Assembly: GCA_963748625.1 (NCBI GenBank)
Contig: CAVVJT010000010.1
Location: 896,001-960,000 of the forward strand
Origin: an uncultured Chloroflexia bacterium
GTDB lineage: Bacteria; Chloroflexota; Limnocylindria; Limnocylindrales; CSP1-4
Length of the DNA stretch: 64,000 nucleotides
Direction: 5' to 3'
How positions within the stretch are numbered: the stretch's first letter is position 1; every line of letters starts with the position of its first letter. Below are positions 1-11,881 of this stretch, in pieces. The notes beneath the pieces are model-generated. The model saw only the letters and a list, made by a program, of their open reading frames with translations. It did not search any database and had not been told where the DNA came from. Both the position numbers and the translations under genes were made by a program.

Positions 1-2241
1 GGCCGCCATCCCGACCTCCGGCTGGAGATGGTTCGTGAAGGTGTCAGGCCAGACCACGACGCGGCCCCGCGGCGCGGGGGATGCGGGACGCGGGAGCGCT
101 TCCCGGTCCGCCTGCTGCTGGAACGACCGCCGCGCGATCGGCGGGATCCTCCGCTCCCCACTGATCCCCGCGATCAGCCCGAAGAGCCGCCGCGCAGGCG
201 CAACCCGCATGACGCCGTTCGCCGCCGCGACACCCACCCCGCCCGGCACCCGCCGAACGAGGCGCAACCACGCCGGCAGTCGGCCCAGCGAGTAGTGCAT
301 GCGCGGTCGCCGCCGGCCGCGGTAGGCATGGTCGAGGACCTCGGCCTTGTACGTCGCCATGTCCACGCCCGTCGGGCAGTCGGACAGGCACGCCCGGCAG
401 GAGAGGCACAGGTCGAGGGCGTCGAGGACGTCGGCCGAGCGCCATCCGTCCGCCGCCAGCGAGCCAGCCGCCATCTCCTGGAGCAGCCGCGCCCGGCCCC
501 GGGTGGAGTGGCGTTCCTCCCCGGTTGCCCGGTATGACGGGCACATCGCCGCAGTCCCCTGCCGCGAGATGCACTTCCCCACCCCGATGCACCGCTCGAC
601 GCCGGCCCGCAGGTCGCCGCCGTCGGCCTCGTGGGCCAGCACCGGCGCAAGATTCAGGAGCGTCGGCCGCGGCCGGCGGAGGTCCACGTCGAGGGGCACG
701 GCGTCCACGAGGATCCCCAGGTTCAGCCCGTTTCCCGGGTCCCACGCGCGCTTCCAGGCCCGGAACGCCTCGAGCAGCTCCGGGGAGAAGATGCGCCCGA
801 GGAGTTCGCCGCGTGCGCGCCCGTCGCCGTGCTCCCCGCTCAGCGTCCCGCCGTGGCGCGCCAGCAGATCCGCCGCCGCCTCCATGAACCCTCGCAGGCG
901 CGCCTCCCCACCCGGCCGGTCCAGCCCGAACCCCACCCGCAGGTGGATGCATCCCTCCCCGAAATGGCCGTACGTGACGCCCTGGAGGCCTTGGTCGCGC
1001 AGGAGCACCCGCAGCTCGCCCAGGTATGCACCCAGGCGCGCAGGTGGCACCGCTCCATCCTCGAAGCCGGGCCACGCGGGCGAGCCGTCCGCGAGTCGCG
1101 CGGCTCTGCCGGCCCCATCCTCGCGCACACGCCAGAGCTCCGCCTGGGCACCGGCCGCCTCGTGGAGCACGGCGTCGGCCGCCCCGACCCGCGTCCCGAC
1201 GGCTGCCGCCAGGCGGGCCGCCTGCGCGCGCATCGCCCCCGCATCCTCCCCACCGACCTCGCACAGCAGCCACGCGCCTGCCGGCGGCAGCAGGCCCGGG
1301 TCCTTCCAGCCGGTCAGCAGCTCGGCGGTGAGGCTCTCCACGGTGTACGGCTGCTCCGGCAGCAGCGAGGGCACGGCCGAGGCCGCCGCGATGTCATCCG
1401 CGAAGGCAAGTACCAGCAGGCCCTTGGAGGCAGGCGGGCGCTCCAGGCGGAGCGTTGCGGCCGAGACCACGGCGCACGTCCCCTCCGTGCCCACGAGGGC
1501 TCGGGCGAGGTCGCTCCCCCGCTCCGCCAGCAGCCAGTCGAGGGCGTACCCGGACACGCGCCGCGGCCAGGGCGCAAGCTCCCGGCGAATGGTGTCGCCA
1601 TGCACGGCCAGCAGGTCCGCGATGGCGGCCGTCGCACGCGGCGCCGGACCCTCCGACGCGAATGGCCCGGTGCCCCGCAGATCCCCGACCCGCCGGCGGA
1701 CCCCGTCGGCCGTGACCAGCTCCAGGCCCAGGGTGGCGTCGGCCGTCGTCCCCCAGCGCACCGAGTGGCTGCCGCAGGCGTTGTTGCCCACCATCCCGCC
1801 GATGGTGCATCGGCTGTGCGTGGATGGATCAGGCCCGATGCGCAGGCCGTGGCGCGCGGCCGCCACCTGGACATCGTCGAGCACCGTGCCCGGCAGGACC
1901 GTGACCGTGGCGGTGTCCGGATCCAGGTCCAGGATCCCGGCCATGTGCCGCGAGGTGTCCACCACCAGCCCCGGCCCGATCGCGTTCCCGGCGATCGACG
2001 TCCCGGCGCCGCGCATCGTGAGCGGCACGCCGGCCTCGGCGGCCAGCGCAACCACGGCAGCCAGGTCGTCCGCGTCCCGCGGAGCCACGACGGCACCGGG
2101 GAGCACACGGTAGTTCGACGCGTCCGAGCTGTAGAGCGCGCGCGTCCCGACGTCATCCGCCACCGACCCGCGCACGGTCGACCGCAGCCGCGCCACGACG
2201 GCTGCGAGCGGTTCGGCGGCAGGACCGGGGACGACGGTCAT
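1..2241 (-). CDS. FAD-binding and (Fe-S)-binding oxidoreductase (GlcD/Dld-type FAD-linked oxidase fused to 4Fe-4S domain), 3' end runs off window
   Basis: Manual translation from ATG at 2241: YSSDASNYR, RGAGTSIAGNA, GPDPSTHSRCTIGGMVGNNACG, later CIGVGKC...MCPSY...HSTRGRAR and CLSCRACLSDCPTGVD. Absent from the ORF track because it has no stop in the window. Confidence 0.9.
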   Translation of the reverse strand, partial: MTVVPGPAAEPLAAVVARLRSTVRGSVADDVGTRALYSSDASNYRVLPGAVVAPRDADDLAAVVALAAEAGVPLTMRGAGTSIAGNAIGPGLVVDTSRHMAGILDLDPDTATVTVLPGTVLDDVQVAAARHGLRIGPDPSTHSRCTIGGMVGNNACGSHSVRWGTTADATLGLELVTADGVRRRVGDLRGTGPFASEGPAPRATAAIADLLAVHGDTIRRELAPWPRRVSGYALDWLLAERGSDLARALVGTEGTCAVVSAATLRLERPPASKGLLVLAFADDIAAASAVPSLLPEQPYTVESLTAELLTGWKDPGLLPPAGAWLLCEVGGEDAGAMRAQAARLAAAVGTRVGAADAVLHEAAGAQAELWRVREDGAGRAARLADGSPAWPGFEDGAVPPARLGAYLGELRVLLRDQGLQGVTYGHFGEGCIHLRVGFGLDRPGGEARLRGFMEAAADLLARHGGTLSGEHGDGRARGELLGRIFSPELLEAFRAWKRAWDPGNGLNLGILVDAVPLDVDLRRPRPTLLNLAPVLAHEADGGDLRAGVERCIGVGKCISRQGTAAMCPSYRATGEERHSTRGRARLLQEMAAGSLAADGWRSADVLDALDLCLSCRACLSDCPTGVDMATYKAEVLDHAYRGRRRPRMHYSLGRLPAWLRLVRRVPGGVGVAAANGVMRVAPARRLFGLIAGISGERRIPPIARRSFQQQADREALPRPASPAPRGRVVVWPDTFTNHLQPEVGMAA

Positions 2242-2295
2242 CGGCAGGCTCCCGTACGAGGGTCGACGTGGACACTCAGGGTACGGTGCCGGGAC

Positions 2296-2336
2296 TTGAC
2301 AGGTCGGCCGGCAGCATCGATAGTTGCACGCGCAAC
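2296..2336 (+). promoter_or_regulatory. Sigma70-type promoter of the pirin gene with overlapping palindromic operator
   Basis: TTGACA (2296-2301), 17 bp spacer, GATAGT; inverted repeat GTTGC-ACGC-GCAAC at 2323-2336 overlaps the -10 and start region. Confidence 0.55.
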
Positions 2337-2379
2337 CACACAGTGGAACCACACATCAGCCAGGAAGGCAGGCGTCCCC

Positions 2380-3394
2380 ATGCCGGCCGTCACCGTCGAC
2401 GACCTCACGATTCTCCCCCGGATCTCCCTCCCCGACCCGATGGTCGCCCGCCAGCGGCCCGTCACGGCGCTCACCACCGCGCCCAAGGGCTACGAGGGCG
2501 AGGGCTTCCCGGTGCGTCGCGCGTTCGCCGGTGTCTATCTCGAGGACCTGGATCCGTTCATCCACCTCGACCAGATGGGCGAGGTGGAGTACGCGCCGGG
2601 CGAGGCGAAGGGCACGCCGTGGCACCCCCACCGCGGCTTCGAGACCGTGACGTACCTGCTCGACGGCGTCTTCGAGCACGCGGACTCCAACGGCGGGGGC
2701 GGCGTCATCACCAACGGCGACACGCAGTGGATGACGGCGGGCGCCGGCATCCTCCACATCGAGAGGCCACCGGAGTGGCTGGTCGCCCAGGGTGGCCTGT
2801 TCCACGGGTTCCAGCTGTGGGTGAACCTGCCGCGCTCGATGAAGCTGGTCGCCGCCGCGCTACCAGGACATCCGTGCGTCGGAGGTCTCGCTGCTGACGT
2901 CGCACGACGGCGGCGCACTGGTGCGGGTGATCGCGGGTGAGGTGGCCGGCCACGCCGGTCCGGGCATCACGCACACGCCGATCACGCTGCTGCACATCAC
3001 GCTGGCGCCGGGCGCATCGATCCAGCTGCCCTGGCGGGCGGATTACAACGCGCTGGGCTACGTGCTGGCGGGACACGGGTCCGTGGGGGCCGAGCGCCGG
3101 CCGGCGCAGATGGGGCAGCTCGCGGTCTTCGGGACCGGGAACACGCTCACGTTCTCAGCCGATGCCGTGCAGGAGAGCCGGGCGCCCTCGCTGGACGTGC
3201 TGGTGCTGGGCGGGCGCCCGATCCAGGAGCCGGTCGCGTGGATGGGCCCCTTCGTGATGAACACGCGCGAGGAGGTCATGCAGGCGTTCGAGGACTACCA
3301 GGCCGGACGCCTCGGGCAGATCCCCGCGGTGCACAACACGCCGGCGGGGATCCAGGAGACGCGCAAGGCCGACGGGGAAGAAGCCGGAGCCTGA
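2380..3394 (+). CDS. Pirin family protein (frameshift near 2850, probably sequencing error)
   Basis: GEGFPVRRAF, DPFIHLDQMG, HPHRGFETVTY, QWMTAGAGILHIE, FQLWVNLP; continues in another frame RYQDI...VRVIAG...GPFVMNT. Confidence 0.92.
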
Positions 3395-3411
3395 AGCGCG
3401 ACGCTTTCGGG

Positions 3412-3873
3412 CTACTCGCCCGTGACGAGCGGGTTGCCCGCGGCCGCCCAGTCCTTCACGCCGCCGGCCATGCTGGTGACGCTGGGCAGGCCCGCCTCGA
3501 GCAGGATGTCGCGGCCCGCCTGGGAGCGGTTGCCCGAGCGGCAGACCACGACGACCTGCTGGTCCGCCGGGACTTCCTTGACGCGGTTCGGCAGCTCGCC
3601 CAGCGGGATGAGCGTGGCGCCGTCGATGTGGCCCTCCACCCACTCGGAGGGCTCGCGGACATCGAGCACGAACGCGCCCGCAGCCTGGAGCTCCTTGGCC
3701 TTGGCGACGTCCACCTCAGCGGGGAGCGCAGCAGGCGCAGCCGCACCGGCACCGGAACCGGACGTGGCGGCGGGGGCAGGGGTGGCGGCTCCACCGCCAC
3801 AGGCGGCGAGGGCGACCACGACGAGGGCAAGAGCCGCGAGGCGGCGAACGCGAGAGATCGCGGGAGAGGTCAC
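3412..3873 (-). CDS. Rhodanese-domain lipoprotein
   Basis: Lipobox LAAC after hydrophobic signal; LDVREPSEW...GHIDGA, VVCRSGNRS rhodanese active-site loop. Confidence 0.88.
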   Translation of the reverse strand: MTSPAISRVRRLAALALVVVALAACGGGAATPAPAATSGSGAGAAAPAALPAEVDVAKAKELQAAGAFVLDVREPSEWVEGHIDGATLIPLGELPNRVKEVPADQQVVVVCRSGNRSQAGRDILLEAGLPSVTSMAGGVKDWAAAGNPLVTGE

Positions 3874-3931
3874 GGGTGACTCCGGGTGCGGGTGACGGGC
3901 GGTGGTGTCGACGACAGGCCCGCCGGTGCGC

Positions 3932-4447
3932 TCACGCCCGACCGGGCCGGGAACTCCGATGGTACCGCTCCATCACGGATTCGACCGCCGAGCGTGCCTC
4001 CCGCCAGACCTCCTGGTCGCCGGCGATGTCGGCGCCCGGCCCGAACCGCGCCACCTGGGCCATCGCGTTGATCACCGCCGTGTGCTGCTCGAGCCGCGAA
4101 CGCCCGGCATCGACGACGCCCGTGACCAGGTACCGGCGCACGAGGTCGAACGGTGCAGTCCAGCGGCCGATCCTGATCCGGTCACCCGTCCGCAGCGTGT
4201 CGAGCCAGTCGTCGTCGCCCACCGGGAAGCGATCGTGCTCCACGACGTGGGCGTTGACGTCCAGCCGGAAGCCCGGCCGAGCCTGCGATGGGAATCGGCC
4301 GTCCGCATCCGACTCTCGGTAGCAGACGGGGCACTCGGGCAGGCGGGCAGATACGTGCGGGGCATCCCCGAAGCGCAGCCCGCATCGCCGGCACATGACG
4401 GCATCGACGCGCGACGTCGTGGCGCCGCACTGGAGGCAGGTTCGCAC
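3932..4447 (-). CDS. Hypothetical protein with multiple zinc-binding motifs
   Basis: CLQC, CRRC, CPVC and HVVEH; starts 5 bp after the pgm stop on the same strand. Confidence 0.65.
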   Translation of the reverse strand: MRTCLQCGATTSRVDAVMCRRCGLRFGDAPHVSARLPECPVCYRESDADGRFPSQARPGFRLDVNAHVVEHDRFPVGDDDWLDTLRTGDRIRIGRWTAPFDLVRRYLVTGVVDAGRSRLEQHTAVINAMAQVARFGPGADIAGDQEVWREARSAVESVMERYHRSSRPGRA

Positions 4448-4452
4448 CCGCG

Positions 4453-6114
4453 TCAGCCCGGCGTCCGCCCGGCCTTGGCCACGATCACCCGCGCCTCGTC
4501 CAGGATCAGGGCGAGATGCTCCTCGCCGCGGAAGGACTCGGCGTAGAGCTTGGTCACGTTCTCAGTGCCCGACGGACGGGCGGCGAACCACCCGAAGTCC
4601 GTGGTCACCTTCAGACCGCCGATCGGGGCGTCGTTGCCGGGAGCACGCGTGAGCTTGGCCGTGATCGGGTCGCCGGCCAGGATCGTGGCCGAGACGGACG
4701 ACGGCGAGAGACGTCCGAGCGCCGCCTTGACCTCCACCGTGGCCGGTGCGTCGATGCGCTTGTACGCCGGGGAACCGAACCGCTCTGTGAGCCCCACGTA
4801 GGTCTCCCACGGGTTCTTGCCGGTCTTCGCCGTGAGCTCGCAGGCGAGCAGGTCGGCGATCAGGCCGTCCTTGTCGGTGGTCCAGACGCTGCCGTCCATG
4901 CGCAGGAAGCTCGCCCCGGCGCTCTCCTCGCCACCGAAGCCCACCGTGCCGTCCACCAGGCCGTCCACGAACCACTTGAAGCCCACGGGGACCTCGAGGA
5001 GACGGCGGCCGAGGTCGGCGACGACGCGGTCGATGATCGAGGACGACACGAGGGTCTTGCCCACCGCGACATCCGGACCCCACGCGCGCCCACCTCCGAA
5101 TAGGTACGAGACGCACGCGGCGATCACGTGGTTGGGGTTCATGAGACCCACCTGCGGGACCACGATCCCGTGCCGGTCGGCGTCGGCGTCGTTGCCCAGG
5201 GCGATGTCGAAGCGGTCGCGCAGGCCAACGAGCCCGGCCATCGCGAACGGCGACGACGGGTCCATGCGGATGCGCCCGTCCCAGTCGAGCGTCATGAATC
5301 CGAAGGTCGGGTCCACCGTGGTGTTCACGACCGTCAGGTCCAGGCCGTACTGCTCGCCGATCAGGCCCCAGTACGCGACCGCCGCGCCGCCCAGCGGGTC
5401 CACGCCCAGCCTGAGGCCTGACGCGCTGATCGCCGCGAGGTCCACCACGTTCGGAAGGTCGTCCACGTAGGCCTGGCGGAACGGGTACGTCCCAGCCTGC
5501 GCCCGCGCCTGCTCGAAGGGCACGCGCTTGATGCCCGCCAGCCCGTCCGGGCCGGACGCCGCCAGGATCCGGTTCGCCTCGTCCTGGACCCACTTCGTGA
5601 CGTCGGTGTCGGCCGGGCCGCCGTTGGGCGGGTTGTACTTGAAGCCGCCGTCCTCGGGCGGGTTGTGGGACGGGGTGACCACGATGCCGTCTGCGAGGCC
5701 ATCGGCAAGGGTGCGGCCCCGGTTCGCGACGATGATCGCCAGCGAGAGCGCCGGCGTGGGCGTGTACCCGTCTTCCGCGTCCACGCGCACGTCGACGCCA
5801 TTGGCGACCAGCACCTCCAGCGCGGTGCGCCAGGCGGGCGCTGACAGGGCGTGGGTGTCGCGGGCGATGAACAGCGGCCCGGTATAGCCCTGCAGCGTGC
5901 GGTAGCGGCAGATCGCCTCCGTGGTCGCGAGGATGTGGTCCTCGTTGAAGGCGGCCTTGAACGCGGATCCGCGGTGGCCCGACGTGCCGAAGGCGACCCG
6001 CTGGGCGGGATCGAACGGATCGGGATGGAGCTTGTAGTAGGCACGCTCGAGGGCGGCGAGGTCCACGAGCTCGGAGGGCAGGGCGGGCAGGCCGGCGCGC
6101 GGGTTCTGGCTCAT
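4453..6114 (-). CDS. pgm: Phosphoglucomutase, alpha-D-glucose phosphate-specific
   Basis: [15 protein letters not shown] phosphoserine loop, DADADRH metal loop, [14 protein letters not shown]. Confidence 0.96.
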   Translation of the reverse strand: MSQNPRAGLPALPSELVDLAALERAYYKLHPDPFDPAQRVAFGTSGHRGSAFKAAFNEDHILATTEAICRYRTLQGYTGPLFIARDTHALSAPAWRTALEVLVANGVDVRVDAEDGYTPTPALSLAIIVANRGRTLADGLADGIVVTPSHNPPEDGGFKYNPPNGGPADTDVTKWVQDEANRILAASGPDGLAGIKRVPFEQARAQAGTYPFRQAYVDDLPNVVDLAAISASGLRLGVDPLGGAAVAYWGLIGEQYGLDLTVVNTTVDPTFGFMTLDWDGRIRMDPSSPFAMAGLVGLRDRFDIALGNDADADRHGIVVPQVGLMNPNHVIAACVSYLFGGGRAWGPDVAVGKTLVSSSIIDRVVADLGRRLLEVPVGFKWFVDGLVDGTVGFGGEESAGASFLRMDGSVWTTDKDGLIADLLACELTAKTGKNPWETYVGLTERFGSPAYKRIDAPATVEVKAALGRLSPSSVSATILAGDPITAKLTRAPGNDAPIGGLKVTTDFGWFAARPSGTENVTKLYAESFRGEEHLALILDEARVIVAKAGRTPG

Positions 6115-6160
6115 CGGTTGGTCGGGTCCTCTGGGCGACGGGAGGAACGCGTGTCGCCGG

Positions 6161-6970
6161 TCACTCTACTGCGCGCGCACGCAGGACGATGGTCTCGTCG
6201 TCCGGCGCGGGCGAGCGGCGCGTGTAACGGCCTTCGACCTCGACGTCCACGAAGCCGGCCTCGTGGAGCATCGCGACAATCTCGTCGGTCGTGTACATGC
6301 TCCAGCGCAGGGAGCCTCCCTCCTCGAGGATGACCGCGCCGTCGCGCCACAGGCGGGCCCGCATGTCCATCCGCTGGACGCGGGTCGACGGATCGAAGGC
6401 GCCGGTGCGGACAAGCAGCTCGAGCTCGTCGCCGTCCGGGAGTGGGCCACGGTCGCGGGCCTCCGGCCAGGGGTCGGGAAACGTGTGCGCCGGATCACCG
6501 AGGCGCGCCAGGGTCTCGGGCATCGCTCGATCCAGGCTCAGCGTGAGGGTGCCACCGGGTCGCAGGCAGGCGTGAAGGTGGCACAGGGCGTCGAGGTCGG
6601 CGGCCTGGTCGCCCCCGATGCCGAAGGAGTCGCAGCAGATGATGGTCCGGTAGCGGCGCAGAGGCACGAAGTCCCGGAAGGTGCCCTGGACCAGGCGTGA
6701 GGCGATGTCGAGTCCGAGGCGTGCGGCGCCAGCGCGGGCGCGATCGAGCATGTCGGCCGAGACGTCCACCCCATCCACGTCGAAGCCCGCCTCGAGCAGC
6801 GGCAGCAGCAGGCGGCCGGTCCCGCACCCGAGGTCCAGGGCAGGCTCGCCTGCGCGCCTGATCTCGTCGCCATAGAAGGCGAGCTCGTCAGGCTCGAGCC
6901 GGTTGACCTCGGCCCACCAGCGCGCGACCAGCCCGTAGTGCCAGGTGCCGCTTGCCGCGGGATCGTCCAT
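6161..6970 (-). CDS. Class I SAM-dependent methyltransferase
   Basis: [10 protein letters not shown] motif [15 protein letters not shown]. Confidence 0.88.
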   Translation of the reverse strand: MDDPAASGTWHYGLVARWWAEVNRLEPDELAFYGDEIRRAGEPALDLGCGTGRLLLPLLEAGFDVDGVDVSADMLDRARAGAARLGLDIASRLVQGTFRDFVPLRRYRTIICCDSFGIGGDQAADLDALCHLHACLRPGGTLTLSLDRAMPETLARLGDPAHTFPDPWPEARDRGPLPDGDELELLVRTGAFDPSTRVQRMDMRARLWRDGAVILEEGGSLRWSMYTTDEIVAMLHEAGFVDVEVEGRYTRRSPAPDDETIVLRARAVE

Positions 6971-6997
6971 GCACGGAGCCTACCCGAGGGCGCAAGC

Positions 6998-7041
6998 GGC
7001 GCGGGCGTGGGAGGCGCGGACGTGGGAGGCGCGGGCGTGGA
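6998..7041. repeat. Three copies of a 15-bp tandem repeat GGCGCGG(G/A)CGTGGGA
   Basis: Read directly in the divergent intergenic region; third copy one base short. Confidence 0.75.
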
Positions 7042-7340
7042 CTCGACTGGGAGTCACCTGGGAGCCTCGGCTGAGCGGTCTGTACGCACAACCTCGACTT
7101 GGCTGCACGCACCACGCTCAACGGGTCGCCTCCTGACTCCGGGCCGAGTCAGCGCCCGGCGAGACCGCTCTGCCGCGAGCACGCGATGCACGTGGAGCAC
7201 GTCGCAGTGACGGACGTCACCGCAGCGGTTACCATGACCACGAACCGAGCCAGCACCTCGTACGGGGCTCGTCCGAGACCGCCAGCCTGTCCGGCGGCCG
7301 GATGCAGGAGCCCGCGATGCCCTGGACGGAGGAGGTCTCT

Positions 7341-8426
<1,086 letters not shown>

Positions 8427-8515
8427 GCTGGTCGGGCCCAGCGTCGGCCCGCATCGACCCGACGACGGCCGGCTCGCCAAGTGGCGTGCCGGCCGTTCCA
8501 CGTACCGAGGACCAC

Positions 8516-9127
8516 ATGACCGACCCCGCGCCGAACGATCCCCGGCCCTTCGGCGACGATCCGCTCGAAGAGCACGTCATCGCGTCGCAGGTCGTGCACC
8601 GCGGCCGGTATCTCGAGTTCCGGGTGGACACCATCGCACGCGCGGACGGCACCACCGGCACACGCGACGTGGCCGGCCACCCAGGCGCGATCGCGGTCCT
8701 GGCGCTCGACGATGACGGGCGCTTGCTGTTCGTGCGCCAGTGGCGGAGCCCGGCAGGGCGCGCGATGCTGGAGATCCCGGCGGGGACGCTCGACATCCAT
8801 GACGGCGTGACCGAGGACCCGGAGATCGCCTCCCGCCGCGAGCTGGAGGAGGAGACCGGCCATCGGGCCACGACGTGGCAGAAGCTCTCCACCTTCTGGA
8901 CGGCCCCGGGGTTCACCTCGGAGCTGATGCACCTCTACCTGGCGACGGGGATCGCGGGTGCGTCGGAGGACGAGCGGCTCACGCCCGACGAGGACGAGCG
9001 CCTGGAGCTCTACCACCTCACGATCGACGAGGCGCTCGAGCGGATCGACAGCGGCGCCATCTGCGACGCCAAGTCGATCCTCGGCGTGCTCTGGGTGGCC
9101 CGGCTGCGCCAGGCCCGGGCGGGCTGA
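8516..9127 (+). CDS. NUDIX hydrolase, ADP-ribose pyrophosphatase-like
   Basis: LEIPAG...ASRRELEEETG Nudix box, HPGAIAV, APGFTSE, DAKS. Confidence 0.88.
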   Translation: MTDPAPNDPRPFGDDPLEEHVIASQVVHRGRYLEFRVDTIARADGTTGTRDVAGHPGAIAVLALDDDGRLLFVRQWRSPAGRAMLEIPAGTLDIHDGVTEDPEIASRRELEEETGHRATTWQKLSTFWTAPGFTSELMHLYLATGIAGASEDERLTPDEDERLELYHLTIDEALERIDSGAICDAKSILGVLWVARLRQARAG

Positions 9128-9139
9128 GAAGGCTCCCGC

Positions 9140-10051
9140 GTGACCGAAGTGATGGCGCTTCCCGACGGCGTCCGGCTGTTCCGGCCGGGTGACGAGGTGG
9201 CGATCCTCGCAGCCATGCTCGCCGCGCTCGATCGGGACGAGCTCGAGGGGATTGACCGCCACTGGGTGGAGGAGTCCGTCAAGCGGATGGCCGAGGAACC
9301 GATGGCTTGCGCCATCGCCGAGGATCGCGGTGAGCTCGCAGGCTGGGTGTTCCCCTACCACGACGACATCCACGTGGACCTGCCCTACCGCCGGCGCGGT
9401 CACGGCCGCAGGCTGGTGGCGGCGGGCCGCATCCTCGCGCCGCGCTGCGGGCTGCCCTTCCTGCGCGCCTGGGTGCCGCGGCGCGCCGGGGCCGAGGCGT
9501 TCGCGACGGCCTGCGGCATGCACTACCACTCGTCGCTGTGGCGCCTGGTGCTGGACCGGAACCTCCCGTCCATGCCGCCGGCGTTCGCCGACGACCTGGT
9601 GGAGCGGTGGCTGATCCCCGGCGATGACGACGCCGCCTTCGTGGCGCTGGTCAACGAGATCTTCCTAGACCACCCCTTCCCGCTCGTCCTTGACCTGGAG
9701 CGGATCCGGCGCGTCCACGCCTCGCGCGAGTTCGACCCGTCGTCGATCCTGCTGGTCGCGCCCGTGTCGGACCCCGGGGCACTCGTGGGCTTCTGCCGGG
9801 TGGGCGCCTATCCCGACGACGACGGCCGACATGTCGGCGAGGTCAAGCTCCTCGGTGTGCGCCGGCCGTGGCGTGGGCGCGGGATCGCGCGCCAGCTGGT
9901 CCGATGGGGCATCGAGGCGTGCCGCGAGCGCGGCGTCGAGGACACGTACCTCGCGGTCGAAGGCGAGAACGAGCGGGCCATCGGGTTGTACGAGGACGAG
10001 GGCTTCCGCCGACTCGTCGAGTGGCCGCACTGGGCGGCGGACCCGCTGTAG
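9140..10051 (+). CDS. Tandem GNAT N-acetyltransferase (MshD-like architecture)
   Basis: Two acetyl-CoA motifs YRRRGHGRRL and WRGRGIARQL; V.GENERAIGLYEDEGF. Confidence 0.85.
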   Translation: MTEVMALPDGVRLFRPGDEVAILAAMLAALDRDELEGIDRHWVEESVKRMAEEPMACAIAEDRGELAGWVFPYHDDIHVDLPYRRRGHGRRLVAAGRILAPRCGLPFLRAWVPRRAGAEAFATACGMHYHSSLWRLVLDRNLPSMPPAFADDLVERWLIPGDDDAAFVALVNEIFLDHPFPLVLDLERIRRVHASREFDPSSILLVAPVSDPGALVGFCRVGAYPDDDGRHVGEVKLLGVRRPWRGRGIARQLVRWGIEACRERGVEDTYLAVEGENERAIGLYEDEGFRRLVEWPHWAADPL

Positions 10052-10081
10052 GGCCTGTCGCGGGCGGCCAGGCGTAGGACG

Positions 10082-10586
10082 TCAGCCCGCCTCGGGCGAG
10101 GAGGCGCGTCGCTCGTCCACCCGGCGCTCCTCCTCGGCTCGCCGCTCCTCCTCGGCTCGGCGCTCGGCGGCATGGTCCGGGGCCGGGACCCGCGCCAGTG
10201 CGGACCGGTACAGCGCGGACTCGGGCGCCAGCGCGACGGCCACCCGCAGGTGCGTCCACGCCTCGCGCTCCCGGCCCAGCTTGCGCAGGCTCTCGCCCAG
10301 GGCGAAGTGGCCATAGTGCGAGGCAGGATCGACCTCGAGCAACGCCTCGAAGGTTCCAGCGGCCGCTGCATGCTGGCCGGCGTTGAAACGGGCCCGCCCG
10401 AGCGCCTCCAGGATCGACGCCTTGCCGGGCTCCAGGCGTGCAGCCCGCTCCAGCACGATGGCGGCCTGCGCATGGTGCCGGCCGTGCATCAGCGCGTGCC
10501 CGCGCTGGAGGAGGTCGTACGCCGAATTCCTCCTCGGCCTCGTCGCCAGGCTCGGGGTCGGGGATCGCGTGTTCCGGGTCGCGCAT
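10082..10586 (-). CDS. Tetratricopeptide repeat protein (frameshift near 10527)
   Basis: MRDPEHAIPDPEPGDEAEEE joins SAYDLLQRGHALM...ARLEPGKASILEALGRARF...YGHFALG by removing one T; EEERRA repeats at the C-terminus. Confidence 0.78.
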
Positions 10587-10663
10587 CGCATGCCGATGCT
10601 CGCACGGATGCGCGGGCCGTGCCGGTAGGATGGGCCCTCCTCCATCGCTCTCGCGGAGTCCGC

Positions 10664-11860
10664 GTGGTCATCCTCCGGATCTCGATCGCCCTGTTCCTGG
10701 TGCAGGCGGGGTTCCACGCCTGGACGGCGTCGCTGCCGCTGGCGCTCGCCCGCGGCGGCGCACCGGAGGCCACGATCGGCATCGTCATGGGCCTCGCCGC
10801 GGTCGTGTCGATCCCGGGCGCCCTGGCCGGCGGCCGCCTGCTCGACACGTTCGGCGGCTCGAGGATGTTCCTCGTCGCCGGCACGGCGTACCTCGCGGCC
10901 GCCGTCATGCTGCTCCTCGGAGGGAACGACCCGACATCGTCCCCCGCCCTCGTCGCTGCGGCACGCATCCTGCAGGGGATCGGCATCGGGATCGCGATGC
11001 CCGCGGCGCTGTCGCTCGTGCCGCGCCTCGTGGAACCGTTCCACCAGCCCGCCGCACTCTCGTATGTGAGCGCCGCGCAGAACGTCGCGCTGATGGTGAT
11101 GCCGTTCATCTCGGTCGCGGTGCTCGACCTCACCTCGTTCCAGGGCGTCGGCGTGCTGGTCCTGGTGCTGGTGGGCATCGGGCTCGCCCTCAGCAGGGCG
11201 CTCCCCCTCCGGCCGCTCGCCGAGGCGACCGACACCGGGATGGAGGCCGCCCAGCGGCGCTGGGGGATCGCGTACCGGCGGGCATGGACCGCGCCGCTGC
11301 TGATCGTCGTGCTCTTCGTCGCCCATTGGGGCGTGGTGACGGCCTACCTCCCCGTCCGCGCCGATGAGGCCGGCGCGGGCATCGGCCTGTTCTTCTTCGC
11401 GGACGGAATCGCGATCGTGCTGACGCGCCTCGCGGCCGGACGCCTGGTGGAGCATGTCTCGCTGCGGGCCCTGATCCTGGCCGGTGCGGGCATGACGGCG
11501 GTGGGCGTCGGGCTCCTGCTGCTGCCCGTCACCTCGCTGACCCTCCTGGTGTCGGGGCTGCTGGGTGGGGCGGGCGGCGCCATCGTCATGACGCCGGTGA
11601 CGATCGAGCTCTCACGCCGCTCCAGCGACGCCGACCGGGGCTCTGCGTTCGCGCTCTACTCGGTCAGCCTGGCGATCGCGATGACGCTCGGTTCCATCGG
11701 AGGTGCGCCCATCGTGGCGGCACTCGGGCTCAACGCGGGGCTCGTGGCCGGCATCGTGCTGATCGGCGTGGCGATGGTGATCACCGCGCTCGACGCGCCG
11801 CTCGGCGAGCCGCTGCGCATGCCGGCGATGACACCGGTCCCGCCAGTCGAGGTGCCGTGA
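10664..11860 (+). CDS. MFS transporter
   Basis: About 12 hydrophobic segments, GRLLDTFGGSR motif A-like, DRGSAFALY; exact start uncertain. Confidence 0.85.
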   Translation: MVILRISIALFLVQAGFHAWTASLPLALARGGAPEATIGIVMGLAAVVSIPGALAGGRLLDTFGGSRMFLVAGTAYLAAAVMLLLGGNDPTSSPALVAAARILQGIGIGIAMPAALSLVPRLVEPFHQPAALSYVSAAQNVALMVMPFISVAVLDLTSFQGVGVLVLVLVGIGLALSRALPLRPLAEATDTGMEAAQRRWGIAYRRAWTAPLLIVVLFVAHWGVVTAYLPVRADEAGAGIGLFFFADGIAIVLTRLAAGRLVEHVSLRALILAGAGMTAVGVGLLLLPVTSLTLLVSGLLGGAGGAIVMTPVTIELSRRSSDADRGSAFALYSVSLAIAMTLGSIGGAPIVAALGLNAGLVAGIVLIGVAMVITALDAPLGEPLRMPAMTPVPPVEVP

Positions 11861-11881
11861 GGGAAGGTCCGGAAGCCGCGG

